Origin: a virus
Taxonomy: Duplodnaviria; Caudoviricetes
Virus record (IMG/VR): IMGVR_UViG_3300033463_000011
Location: 136,234 to 200,233 of that record
DNA length: 64,000 nt
Strand: one strand, 5' to 3'
Within the stretch, counting starts at the first letter, position 1; every line of letters starts with the position of its first letter. Positions 55,379-64,000 of the stretch are shown here, in pieces. Both the position numbers and the translations under genes were made by a program. The notes below the pieces were generated by a model. It saw only the letters and a list, made by a program, of their open reading frames with translations. It did not search any database and was not told the DNA's origin.

Positions 55379-55726
55379 ATGAGGAAAATAATTACATGTA
55401 TATTATACGGGATAGCTTTAACATCATTAATATTAGCAACAGGTGTGAAAGAAGTAGCAAATTGGTGGGAAATTGCTAAACCATTGTTACTAGTATTTGT
55501 TATTTCAGCATTCCTTGCGTTAACTATTAGTAATATTGATAATATACGAAGAGTAACATATCCATCATTTGTTTGCTTATGTGCTTATTTGTATAAGAAC
55601 AAAATCATCATGACTAGATTCACTCGTAATTCTTATAGATTATATAAATTCAAAAATAGGTCATATTGTGATTTATATGACTATGTTCAAGATTTGTTTG
55701 ACTTGTTTTGCAAAATAAGCATTTGA
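55379..55726 (+). CDS. Membrane protein
   Basis: Two hydrophobic helices; AAGGAGG RBS. Confidence 0.7.
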   Translation: MRKIITCILYGIALTSLILATGVKEVANWWEIAKPLLLVFVISAFLALTISNIDNIRRVTYPSFVCLCAYLYKNKIIMTRFTRNSYRLYKFKNRSYCDLYDYVQDLFDLFCKISI

Positions 55727-55741
55727 AAGGCGTAGCAAATT

Positions 55742-56389
55742 ATGCATGAAGTTACAGTGACTACTAAACCATTTGATGATGATTTAAAGCTCTATAGCCG
55801 AAAGCAATTTATCTTGAAACCTGGAATAAACAGTCTTGTCGGCTGCAATGGTTCAGGTAAATCTACTTTTATAGATTGCTTTTTGTATCCGCAACTCCGT
55901 AGAGAAAATATCGCTTGCTATAAGCATAATGATAGAACATCCGGTCATTCTCATTATATGGAGAAGTTGGCTTTTATGAATGACTTTGACGGAGTTGCCC
56001 AGATGTATATGTCATCTGAAGGTGAGCAGATCGTATTTGCACTCCATTCAGTAATACGTACTATTGTATCTCTTTGTAAAGAGAATAAGGGCAAAAAGGT
56101 ATTTATTATTTTCGATGCTATTGATTCAGGTATGTCCGTAGATGAAATTATAGAGATAAGAGGATTGTTTCTTGACCTTGTAATACCTGATATGAAATCT
56201 AAATTCAAAGTGGATTTATATGTAGTAGTTGCTGCTAATAATTACGAGTGGTGCAATGATGAGAGAATCCATAATATCAATATTACAAATGGTTCTGAAT
56301 TAAAAATCACTTCTTATGAAAATTACAAAGAGTGTATTTTAAAATCAGGAAAGAACAAAGATAAGATGAGAGGTTACAATGAGTCTTAA
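55742..56389 (+). CDS. ABC/AAA-type P-loop ATPase
   Basis: GCNGSGKST Walker A, SEGE signature, IIFDAIDSG Walker B. Confidence 0.8.
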   Translation: MHEVTVTTKPFDDDLKLYSRKQFILKPGINSLVGCNGSGKSTFIDCFLYPQLRRENIACYKHNDRTSGHSHYMEKLAFMNDFDGVAQMYMSSEGEQIVFALHSVIRTIVSLCKENKGKKVFIIFDAIDSGMSVDEIIEIRGLFLDLVIPDMKSKFKVDLYVVVAANNYEWCNDERIHNINITNGSELKITSYENYKECILKSGKNKDKMRGYNES

Positions 56390-57977
56390 TAAAGAACAAC
56401 AACAAGCGGTAAATTCTGAATCAGATAGAATCCTTTGTCTTGCTGGTGCAGGTGCAGGTAAAACTTTCACTATGATGGAAAGAATATCCAAGCTTGTAGA
56501 AAGTGGTATTAGCCCAGATTCTATATTAGCATTAACATTTACTAATGCTGCAGGTGCAGAGATGCGAGAAAGATATGAATCTAAACACATAGGGCAAAAA
56601 ACGCCACAATTCAGAACATTTCATTCGTTTTGCTATTCAATTGTATGCAGGGACTATGCTATCAGAAATGCATTAGGATATAAAACTGTTCCAAATATTA
56701 CCTCAGAATCTCAAGAAAAAGAAATCATTGAAAGGGCAAAAGCACAATGTAGAATATGTTTATCTGAAGATCAGTTGAACCATAGAGATGAATTAACTAA
56801 AAAAGAAAAATTCCAAGCAGAATTATATGATAAAGCAGTATATAGATTACTTCGCCAAGATAATCTTATAACATTTGATAAGTTAAATAGCGAAGTGGCA
56901 GATTTATTTGCAGCAGATCCTATATGTACTAAACCATATAAACAACAATATAAATACATATTTGTTGATGAATTTCAAGATACTGATGGATTTCAGATGA
57001 AATTTCTTAATTCTTTCCCCGAAACACATTTTTTCTTGGTTGGTGATTGTCTGCAAAATATTTATGCGTTTCGTGGCACTAGTAATGAGTATATCAAAAT
57101 AATATCAAATGCACCTGATTGGGAGAAGATTAAGCTATTCACTAATTATCGTTCAACCAATCAGATATGCGAATATGCAAATAACTTCAGCAAAACTTAT
57201 TCAGAAGATTCATATAGAATTGAAATGAAAGGTACACGAGATGGTGAAAAAGTTATCACTAAAATAGTAGATGGACCTAGAGGCTATTCTGCAATCAACC
57301 TCAATAGCATTGATGATGTATTAAAAGAAATTAATAATTTATCAGGAAATTCTGCAATATTGTGTAGAAGTAATAAAGAAATACAGGAAGTAACTGCTTA
57401 TTTAAAGCAGAAGGATATTGAATACACTTCGAGTAGAGATACACAATTATCTCATATACTTGAAAGTTCTGTTTCTGATACCTATATGATAGGTTGGTTA
57501 GCTTCGCATTTAACTTCAGATAAATATGGAGAATACATTAGGTTATCTATTAATCACACAAATGATATTAACTGGTTTTTGAAAACATATGGATCCAATT
57601 CAAAAATATCAAAATACGCTGATAAGATAGGAAAACTCAGAGAAATAGCCGTGGATAACAAATTAGTTAAAGAAAAAATAAAAGAGGTAGAATCGTTAAT
57701 TAAGATACCCAACATTGAGGTGCCAGATAAAGAGTTATTTGGAATGGAGTTTCTTAAATATATAAAAGAAGCTGCACAAGAAATAAAGTCCTCTGAAATA
57801 TATGTAGGCACAATACATTCAGTAAAAGGGCTAGAATATGATAATGTATTTGTGATGAATGCTAATTCATATTCATTTAAGATAGATAAAAATGAGGAAA
57901 TGAGCAATCTGTTCTATGTAGCAGTAACTAGAGCAAAGAATCGTTTATTTGTTTACAAAATAGCAGATTGGTTCTGA
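56379..57977 (+). CDS. UvrD/PcrA-like SF1 helicase
   Basis: AGAGAGKT, TFTN, DEFQD, VGD..QNIY.FRG, NYRS, TIHSVKGLE, YVAVTRA. Confidence 0.92.
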   Translation: MSLNKEQQQAVNSESDRILCLAGAGAGKTFTMMERISKLVESGISPDSILALTFTNAAGAEMRERYESKHIGQKTPQFRTFHSFCYSIVCRDYAIRNALGYKTVPNITSESQEKEIIERAKAQCRICLSEDQLNHRDELTKKEKFQAELYDKAVYRLLRQDNLITFDKLNSEVADLFAADPICTKPYKQQYKYIFVDEFQDTDGFQMKFLNSFPETHFFLVGDCLQNIYAFRGTSNEYIKIISNAPDWEKIKLFTNYRSTNQICEYANNFSKTYSEDSYRIEMKGTRDGEKVITKIVDGPRGYSAINLNSIDDVLKEINNLSGNSAILCRSNKEIQEVTAYLKQKDIEYTSSRDTQLSHILESSVSDTYMIGWLASHLTSDKYGEYIRLSINHTNDINWFLKTYGSNSKISKYADKIGKLREIAVDNKLVKEKIKEVESLIKIPNIEVPDKELFGMEFLKYIKEAAQEIKSSEIYVGTIHSVKGLEYDNVFVMNANSYSFKIDKNEEMSNLFYVAVTRAKNRLFVYKIADWF

Positions 57978-57987
57978 AGGAGGACAA

Positions 57988-58179
57988 ATGTTTAATTTAC
58001 CAGAAGAATTATCACATGATTTAGAGTTCATTAAGGATCTTGCTAATTTCTGCAATGAAAGAGGATACACAATAGTTGCTAAAAATCCGCAGGTTATCAT
58101 AGATAATTCGAGGAGAACTGCAAAGTTTGAAATACTATTTTCAAGGAATCTTGTTTCAGGAAACCTAGAGGATACTTGA
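57988..58179 (+). CDS. Hypothetical protein
   Basis: AAGGAGG RBS. Confidence 0.6.
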   Translation: MFNLPEELSHDLEFIKDLANFCNERGYTIVAKNPQVIIDNSRRTAKFEILFSRNLVSGNLEDT

Positions 58180-58180
58180 C

Positions 58181-58372
58181 ATGAGATACAATCATCGAGA
58201 TGGTACTTGGCATTTGATGTATAAATGGTGCGATACTTCTACAATAATCAGGACTTGCCCTATATGCGGATTCTCGCAGCCTATAGATTCTAGAATGATT
58301 GGTTTAATGGATTTCAGGACTTGTCCAAAATGTAAGGCAAAGTTAGATATACCTAAGAAATTGGGGGTTTGA
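58181..58372 (+). CDS. Small zinc-ribbon protein
   Basis: CPICG...CPKC. Confidence 0.65.
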   Translation: MRYNHRDGTWHLMYKWCDTSTIIRTCPICGFSQPIDSRMIGLMDFRTCPKCKAKLDIPKKLGV

Positions 58373-58375
58373 TCT

Positions 58376-58687
58376 ATGATAAAGGAAAGAAATGGCGATA
58401 GGATGTTTGAAAAAATGACTAGGTGGAATACTATTGAGTATACCACTATCAGTTATAAGAATATAAATGCACAGTATGCTGACCCATCAAGTGCTGGTGG
58501 TGCTAGATTATTTCTTACTTATATTAAAAGACATGGAGAAATAGTCCCTATTAGAAAATTTAAGCCTTTAGATTCACCGGTTATGTTGGAAGACCTTACA
58601 GTACTTACTGCAGTAGATACTGAAAAAGGGCTTTGGCTTGAGATGAATGAAGATAAAGATAAAGTTAGATTATATCAGGAGATTTAA
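58376..58687 (+). CDS. Hypothetical protein
   Basis: Operon packing; start uncertain. Confidence 0.6.
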   Translation: MIKERNGDRMFEKMTRWNTIEYTTISYKNINAQYADPSSAGGARLFLTYIKRHGEIVPIRKFKPLDSPVMLEDLTVLTAVDTEKGLWLEMNEDKDKVRLYQEI

Positions 58688-58690
58688 TGA

Positions 58691-59314
58691 ATGGAAGATA
58701 AGAAACCGCTTATAGTAATTATGGTGTTATACACCATATTAGTTATTAGCATTTTAGGTGCAGCAGATTTTTCGGATAATTTAAGGGCTAAAGAAATTGC
58801 TCATAATGTTGAGGTATCTCAGTTAAAAACAGAGATTGCTATATTGAAGATTACCCCTACACCTACCCCTACGAGTACGCCTACTCCAACCCCTACCAAT
58901 ACACCGACACCTACTCCAAAGCCGACACCTATATGTAAGTTGAGTAATCAGGAATGGTATGACGAATGTGTAGCAAGAGGATTAGTAACCCCGGCAAATG
59001 AATATAATAATCGAATTACAAGGGAACGTGGCGGCTATATGGGGCCATCAGGTAGGGAAACTTATTACAATTTGAACATGGAAAATTGCATCTGGTATAT
59101 GCGAGAACTTGGATATAGTGCAGAGGAATATCCATACTGGATACGTGATGATGGTGCAAAGATGTTAGGAAATTATGTAATGTGTGCCGCTAACTGGGCG
59201 ATCAGACCTAAGGGTACAATCATTCCTACATCATTAGGTGATGCCATAGTGGTAGATACCGGTGCTTTTGTTTCGACATATCCCTATGGTGTTGATCTTG
59301 CAGTAGATTGGTGA
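58691..59314 (+). CDS. Membrane-anchored protein with PT linker and 3D-like (cell-wall enzyme) domain
   Basis: N-terminal TM, (TP)n linker, TYY...CAA...P.GT.I......V.DTG....VD. Confidence 0.6.
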   Translation: MEDKKPLIVIMVLYTILVISILGAADFSDNLRAKEIAHNVEVSQLKTEIAILKITPTPTPTSTPTPTPTNTPTPTPKPTPICKLSNQEWYDECVARGLVTPANEYNNRITRERGGYMGPSGRETYYNLNMENCIWYMRELGYSAEEYPYWIRDDGAKMLGNYVMCAANWAIRPKGTIIPTSLGDAIVVDTGAFVSTYPYGVDLAVDW

Positions 59315-59323
59315 GGTAAAATA

Positions 59324-59512
59324 ATGAGAACGATTGATGCAGATTTATTGAGAAAAAATATGGAATTTATCTGTATGGGCATTATGGCAGGCACAGAACC
59401 TTATAATGCACCATTAACAGAAATCGACAATGCCCCGACAGTTGATACAGATACTTGCGAGGGTTGTCCGTATTGCCCACCTAATAATGGAATACCGATA
59501 GGAGTTGAATGA
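59324..59512 (+). CDS. Hypothetical phage protein (IDAD..IDNAPTV family)
   Basis: Motif common in Bacillota phages; GAGG RBS. Confidence 0.65.
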   Translation: MRTIDADLLRKNMEFICMGIMAGTEPYNAPLTEIDNAPTVDTDTCEGCPYCPPNNGIPIGVE

Positions 59513-59888
59513 TATGGACAACGATGTAATCAGCCGTAGTGCTTTGAAAAATGCTTTTAAGGCATGGAAAACAATGGATGATTATTACCACGACACAGAT
59601 TGTAATGATATACCATTATCAGAGGCTTTTGATTTAATCGACAATGCCCCGATAGTTGCATACCCATTCGAAAAATTTCGGATTATGCTATGCGGAACTT
59701 GCCAAGCAAATATGAGAATTGAACCCGACAGACCGCAAGGTGAGTGGGTAAAAGTAGTTAATAAGATAAGCGAATGTGAAACGGAAACTCACTGGGAATG
59801 TTCTGAATGTCATAACCCTGATTTTAGATTAGGTGAAGCTGAATTTTGTTCTTTTTGCGGTGCTTCGATGAAAGGCGGTACGGAATGA
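59505..59888 (+). CDS. Hypothetical zinc-ribbon phage protein
   Basis: ISR, IDNAP, RPQGEW, CSEC...CSFCGA.M. Confidence 0.7.
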   Translation: MNDMDNDVISRSALKNAFKAWKTMDDYYHDTDCNDIPLSEAFDLIDNAPIVAYPFEKFRIMLCGTCQANMRIEPDRPQGEWVKVVNKISECETETHWECSECHNPDFRLGEAEFCSFCGASMKGGTE

Positions 59889-60172
59889 ATAATAAAGATG
59901 CAATATATTTTTTATTAAGAAGTAATGAGTATCATCATGCGAAAGGTGATTTGCCACATTCTGCTGCAAGTATTGAGGCATTTAATAAAGCAGTAGAGGC
60001 ATTGAAAGCAGAAAGACCGCACGGCGAGTGGATAGAAAACAAAGGAAAAGATATAAGAGATCATTTTTATACCTGTTCTATTTGTGGAAGAACTATAAAT
60101 GTAATATGTGGTGAAACGCTTAAAGATTATCCGTTCTGCCATTGTGGAGCAGACATGAGAGGTGAAGAATGA
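59885..60172 (+). CDS. Hypothetical zinc-ribbon phage protein
   Basis: ATGA overlap at 59885; RPHGEW, CSICG...CHCGADM. Confidence 0.7.
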   Translation: MNNKDAIYFLLRSNEYHHAKGDLPHSAASIEAFNKAVEALKAERPHGEWIENKGKDIRDHFYTCSICGRTINVICGETLKDYPFCHCGADMRGEE

Positions 60173-60274
60173 CATACATATTAGATTGTTTAATATGTGC
60201 GATTATATGGTTTTCACTATTAGCGATAGTTGGTATTATATCTTGGCTAAAAGACAGAAAAAGGAGAAAAAAGA

Positions 60275-60610
60275 ATGAGATTAGGTGATTTAGACGCTTT
60301 AAGAGAAGATTTATTTATCAAGTTCGGTAATCAGTTGCCTAATGGTTTATTAGAAGAAATCGACAATGCCCCGGCAGTAGTCATTGATGAAGAAATTGAA
60401 CGACAAAGAGAAGAAATGTATCAATCAAGCAAAAAATTATATGCTACTGCTCGAATGTTAGGAGTAGAAAGACCGCAAGGCAAATGGGAAGAATATGCTT
60501 GCTCTGACGAGCGTGGTTGTTCTTTATGCGGTTATATGGTTAGATTTTATTTTGAATACCGCTATTGCCCGAATTGCGGAGCAAAGATGGAGGACGATTT
60601 AAATGAATAA
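60275..60610 (+). CDS. Hypothetical zinc-ribbon phage protein
   Basis: IDNAP, RPQGKW, CSLCG...CPNCGAKM. Confidence 0.7.
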   Translation: MRLGDLDALREDLFIKFGNQLPNGLLEEIDNAPAVVIDEEIERQREEMYQSSKKLYATARMLGVERPQGKWEEYACSDERGCSLCGYMVRFYFEYRYCPNCGAKMEDDLNE

Positions 60611-60902
60611 ATACACAGTAATAGATAAATTTGGAACAACTTATTCTATAGAAGCAGATTATGTTTTGGCTACTGATGACTGTCAGAATGTTTCTTTTAT
60701 CAATAAGACAGATGATTTAGAGTGGAACAAAGTAGTTGCTCAGTTTACAAGAGAGAATATTATCGGGTTCTACGATAGTTCTTGTGCAAGCAAGGTAGAA
60801 CCTCATTCTTGCGATGGTTGTAAATATGAACATTTAGATTGTAGTCAGGAGCCTTGCCATAGTTGTAATGATAATTGTGATAAGTGGGAGGCTAACGAAT
60901 GA
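60603..60902 (+). CDS. Hypothetical Cys-rich protein
   Basis: GGAGG RBS; C-terminal CDGC...C..C. Confidence 0.65.
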   Translation: MNKYTVIDKFGTTYSIEADYVLATDDCQNVSFINKTDDLEWNKVVAQFTRENIIGFYDSSCASKVEPHSCDGCKYEHLDCSQEPCHSCNDNCDKWEANE

Positions 60903-61135
60903 AAACGATCAGGTGCGATAGATGTGGTGAATTGATTACAGATGGTTCCTACCGAGAAATAACTTCCGGTATTAGAAATCATATTACATATGACAACGGA
61001 GTTTACACAGCTACTTGCGAGTTCAGACCGCCGATAGTAAACGATCTATGTGCTACATGTAGCAGAGATTTTGATAAGGCATTTGATGATTTTGTCTTTA
61101 AATTTTTATATGAAGGGAAACCTAAGAATGTATAA
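60899..61135 (+). CDS. Small zinc-finger protein
   Basis: CDRCG...DLCATC. Confidence 0.65.
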   Translation: MKTIRCDRCGELITDGSYREITSGIRNHITYDNGVYTATCEFRPPIVNDLCATCSRDFDKAFDDFVFKFLYEGKPKNV

Positions 61136-61499
61136 CCGAAAACTTTTACGGACATTAGAAGATAGGTTTGATAAATTACAAGCATATCTATTTCGTTCTT
61201 TTGACGGTGAGGAAGACCTTTATTCCTATATCGCTCATATAATGTATAACCGAGATTATGTTGATTGTTGTGAGATGAGACCTGATGGAACACCTAATCC
61301 TGATGGGAAATACTATCGTAATAAAGCAAAAGAATTTATTCTTCCATTAGTAGCCGAGTGTGGTGGTCTGCTTGAGGGCGAGAAATATAAGACTTGCAAC
61401 ACCTGCAAATTTCATATTAATCGCAATGATGATTCGTTAGTAACACAGTGCAAGCCTTGTGAAAACTATTCTAAATGGGAGGACTATAATGAAAATTAA
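61128..61499 (+). CDS. Protein resembling a family A DNA polymerase fingers fragment
   Basis: DLY..IA...Y.....C.E...DG..N..GK..R.KAK..IL; start at ATG 61128. Confidence 0.5.
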   Translation: MYNRKLLRTLEDRFDKLQAYLFRSFDGEEDLYSYIAHIMYNRDYVDCCEMRPDGTPNPDGKYYRNKAKEFILPLVAECGGLLEGEKYKTCNTCKFHINRNDDSLVTQCKPCENYSKWEDYNEN

Positions 61500-63291
61500 A
61501 TCAATCTACATTGATGGTCTGCATAATGCAGTAAATAAGACATACCAATTTGGTGATATAGCATATCTCTTTGGCAATAACGGAGCAGGTAAATCTACAG
61601 TTCTTCAAGCAATTCAGTTTGCTTTGCTTGGATATATTCCAGGTACTGCTAAAAATTCAAGAGAAGCAATTCTTAGGCACTCACCTAAAGGAAGTATTGA
61701 AGTTACTATTACGCTTTCAGATACAGATATTGGTACTGATATTATAGTTAATCGAAAGCTTACTTCTAAATCGACTGAAGTTAATACGATTCCTGGAAAT
61801 GTATATATTTCAGATATCATTCAAGATATTGAACTTCCTATTTTTAACTTCAATGAGTTTGTAGGTCAGACCGCTAATAAGTTAAAAGAATATTTTATTA
61901 AAAACATATTGCCTACGACAGATGGCGATTTGGATTGGGAGAAAATTCTTTCTGAGAGCATAATTGATTGCAATTTCCAGGATAGAAAAGCAATTATTGA
62001 TTATGGTATGTCTGTAATTGACGGTATTGATGGGGAGATCTTAGATCAGGTAGTGCAGGCAAATGCTAAATTCAAAGCAGAGCAGTCGTTTAATAAGACT
62101 GAACAACAGAGATTACAGAACACAATAGATTCTTTAATCTTTTATGATGATTATGCTGGACCTACTAATATTAATGAAATAAATTCTCAATTATTGTCCT
62201 TAGGAGCAATTCGAGATCAACTTATTAGATATGAATCTGCAGCTTCTGCTACAAAAACTGCTAAAGATGAGTTTGATAGATTAGAAGAAGATATTAATTC
62301 GCTCGGTGGAAAAGAGAAGTATGATAGTTTAGTTTCATTGCTTGCGCAGCTCAAACAGCAGAATACTGCACTATCTAAAAAGATAGCTGATATGAATAAT
62401 GAATTAGCAGGCTTAATCGCTATAGATAAAGCATCTGATGCAATAATTAACAGCAAAGGAATATGCCCATACACTAAAGAAGAGTGCAAGTCGATGGTTA
62501 GTAAGATTGACGGGCTTAGAAGCGATGCAGTTATGCATAAAGCAAAGATGATTGAACAACGAGCTCAAATAGAAAATTTGTCTTCTGAATTAAATGTAGT
62601 TCAATCAAGTATTCGTCAGTGTGAATCTAAGATTCAAGATTATCAAACTATATGGAACAGATTAGTCACTTTGCAAAAAACAATGAGTGATTTACCTCAA
62701 AAACCTAATACTAATAAAACTATATATGAACTAGATTCAGAAATAGAATTGCTTACTCAAAGCAAATCTAAGTTGCAAGCTAATATCAAGTATAATGAAA
62801 CAATTGAATACATTACAAAATTGAAGTTCGAAGAAGAACTCAAAGGCAGGGCATTATCTGCTTGGGTTAAAAAGACAGACACTAATGGACTTCAAACAAC
62901 TCTAATGATTAAGCCGTTTGAAGAGCTTGCAGCAACAATGACCAAATACATTCAGAACATGTACGGCAGACAAGATATTAAAGCACATTTCAATCTGTCT
63001 ACTAAATCAAATTCATTCAGTTTTGGATTGATAAGAGATAACATTTATATACCTTATGACCTACTGTCTTCTGGAGAGAAGTGTCTTTATACATTAGCAT
63101 TGATGATGTGCATAACAAATAATAGTAAATCACCGCTAAAATTGCTTCTCTGTGATGATATCTTTGATCATCTTGATGCAAACACCATTGAAACTACATT
63201 TACATCATTAAAGAACATATCAAATATTCAATTCATTTTTGCAGGAGTTAGAAATTGCGAAAATGCAAAAGATATCATTTTGAAAATCTAA
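61489..63291 (+). CDS. SbcC/Rad50-like SMC ATPase
   Basis: GNNGAGKST, coiled coils with central CPYTKEEC, LSSGEK, LLCDD.F..LD; start at ATG 61489. Confidence 0.88.
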   Translation: MKIKSIYIDGLHNAVNKTYQFGDIAYLFGNNGAGKSTVLQAIQFALLGYIPGTAKNSREAILRHSPKGSIEVTITLSDTDIGTDIIVNRKLTSKSTEVNTIPGNVYISDIIQDIELPIFNFNEFVGQTANKLKEYFIKNILPTTDGDLDWEKILSESIIDCNFQDRKAIIDYGMSVIDGIDGEILDQVVQANAKFKAEQSFNKTEQQRLQNTIDSLIFYDDYAGPTNINEINSQLLSLGAIRDQLIRYESAASATKTAKDEFDRLEEDINSLGGKEKYDSLVSLLAQLKQQNTALSKKIADMNNELAGLIAIDKASDAIINSKGICPYTKEECKSMVSKIDGLRSDAVMHKAKMIEQRAQIENLSSELNVVQSSIRQCESKIQDYQTIWNRLVTLQKTMSDLPQKPNTNKTIYELDSEIELLTQSKSKLQANIKYNETIEYITKLKFEEELKGRALSAWVKKTDTNGLQTTLMIKPFEELAATMTKYIQNMYGRQDIKAHFNLSTKSNSFSFGLIRDNIYIPYDLLSSGEKCLYTLALMMCITNNSKSPLKLLLCDDIFDHLDANTIETTFTSLKNISNIQFIFAGVRNCENAKDIILKI

Positions 63292-63366
63292 CCTTAAATA
63301 GTTTTAAGAAACGTGATATAAGCTGATCACCTTGTATGTTCCATTGGACATACCTCCTTTCAAATT

Positions 63367-63399
63367 CTCCCTGCAAGGCGGCACACTTGCAGGGAGTTT
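63367..63399 (+). terminator. Intrinsic terminator
   Basis: CTCCCTGCAAG-loop-CTTGCAGGGAG + TTT. Confidence 0.8.
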
Positions 63400-63544
63400 A
63401 ATTTTGTTCGAAAAAATCGTTATGTTTAAATAAGAATCGTTATAGAAATCATCAATCAACGATTCTACAAGAAAGGAGAATAAAAAATGAGTGAAATCAG
63501 GCCAATAGATGCTAATGCATTGATAGAAAAACTTAATACAAAAA

Positions 63545-63763
63545 TTGGGTACGTCATTGGTTGCGGTTATTAATGTTCCAGATGACTACGAAACGGGAAA
63601 TTGTGAAAATTGTCCTTTGTGTGCAAAGAGTTATTTTGAAAATCATTATATTCAAGAAAATATCAGTTGCAAAATAGGTTTTACTTCTTTGAGTTGTCCG
63701 CTAATTGTCAAGCATATTAATGTAAAAGAAGGAGGTAAAGAAAGTGACAAAAATATTAATTGA
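63545..63763 (+). CDS. Small Cys-rich phage protein (start uncertain)
   Basis: C.NCPLC...C.....CPL motif. Confidence 0.55.
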   Translation: MGTSLVAVINVPDDYETGNCENCPLCAKSYFENHYIQENISCKIGFTSLSCPLIVKHINVKEGGKESDKNIN

Positions 63764-63971
63764 TATACCTGAGGATGATTACAATGCAATCAGAGATAAT
63801 ATTAAAGCATACAGTCTTGCCGATATGTTATTTGGTGCAGTTCAGTGTGGCATAGTTCTGCCAAAAGGGCATGGGAGATTGATAGATGCAGAAGATGTCG
63901 ATAATCACATCATAGGAAGTGTTGATTTAAGAGATTGTCCGACAATCATTGAGGCAGACAAAGGAGAATAA
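63744..63971 (+). CDS. Hypothetical phage protein (HGRLIDA family)
   Basis: GTG start with AAGGAGG RBS; LPKGHGRLIDA, PTIIEAD. Confidence 0.7.
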   Translation: MTKILIDIPEDDYNAIRDNIKAYSLADMLFGAVQCGIVLPKGHGRLIDAEDVDNHIIGSVDLRDCPTIIEADKGE

Positions 63972-64000
63972 AGAATGAGTACTTATGGTGAAAGAGTGTA

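Noticed and set aside
58854-58930. Thr-Pro repeat tract
   Set aside because: Common spacer in membrane-anchored cell-wall enzymes; not a distinct element
173-62489. Minus-strand and alternative-frame ORFs in the track (e.g. 173-601, 20425-20961, 35960-36283, 48774-49106, 57554-57907)
   Set aside because: They overlap well-supported + strand genes and lack an RBS or recognisable motifs; treated as shadow ORFs

Overview
AT-rich segment of a large contractile-tailed (T4-like capsid/baseplate) phage, probably infecting a Bacillota host. All credible genes are on the + strand. The first ~39 kb is mostly morphogenesis. It holds baseplate genes (gp5-OB-, gp25-, gp6-, gpI-like), a prohead protease fused to a scaffold, a gp23-like major capsid protein, a gp13-like neck protein, two homing-endonuclease-like genes and a TnpB-only IS that splits a doc toxin gene. 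The last ~25 kb holds regulators, tRNAs, a 2.4-kb structured non-coding island, an intein-split SNF2 helicase, Stealth/GT2 glycosyltransferases, HD, UvrD and SbcC-like genes. Three things stand out. (1) About 25 tandem paralogues plus about 15 unrelated proteins share a short N-terminal MK(I/R)Y..[IV]x[A/C/S] leader. The same [IVL]xA-S motif is repeated in the scaffold and the capsid propeptide and matches the herpesvirus assemblin cleavage consensus, which suggests a large capsid-targeted cargo arsenal. (2) A cluster of oversized or degenerate tRNA-like RNAs and repeated pseudoknot RNAs. (3) Two recurring upstream motifs, AACCTT(T/A) and (AG)AATCGTTA, that largely split structural from non-structural genes and are tied to RBS-occluding and anti-SD RNA elements. 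All calls come from motif recognition by eye; no database searches or folding programs were run.
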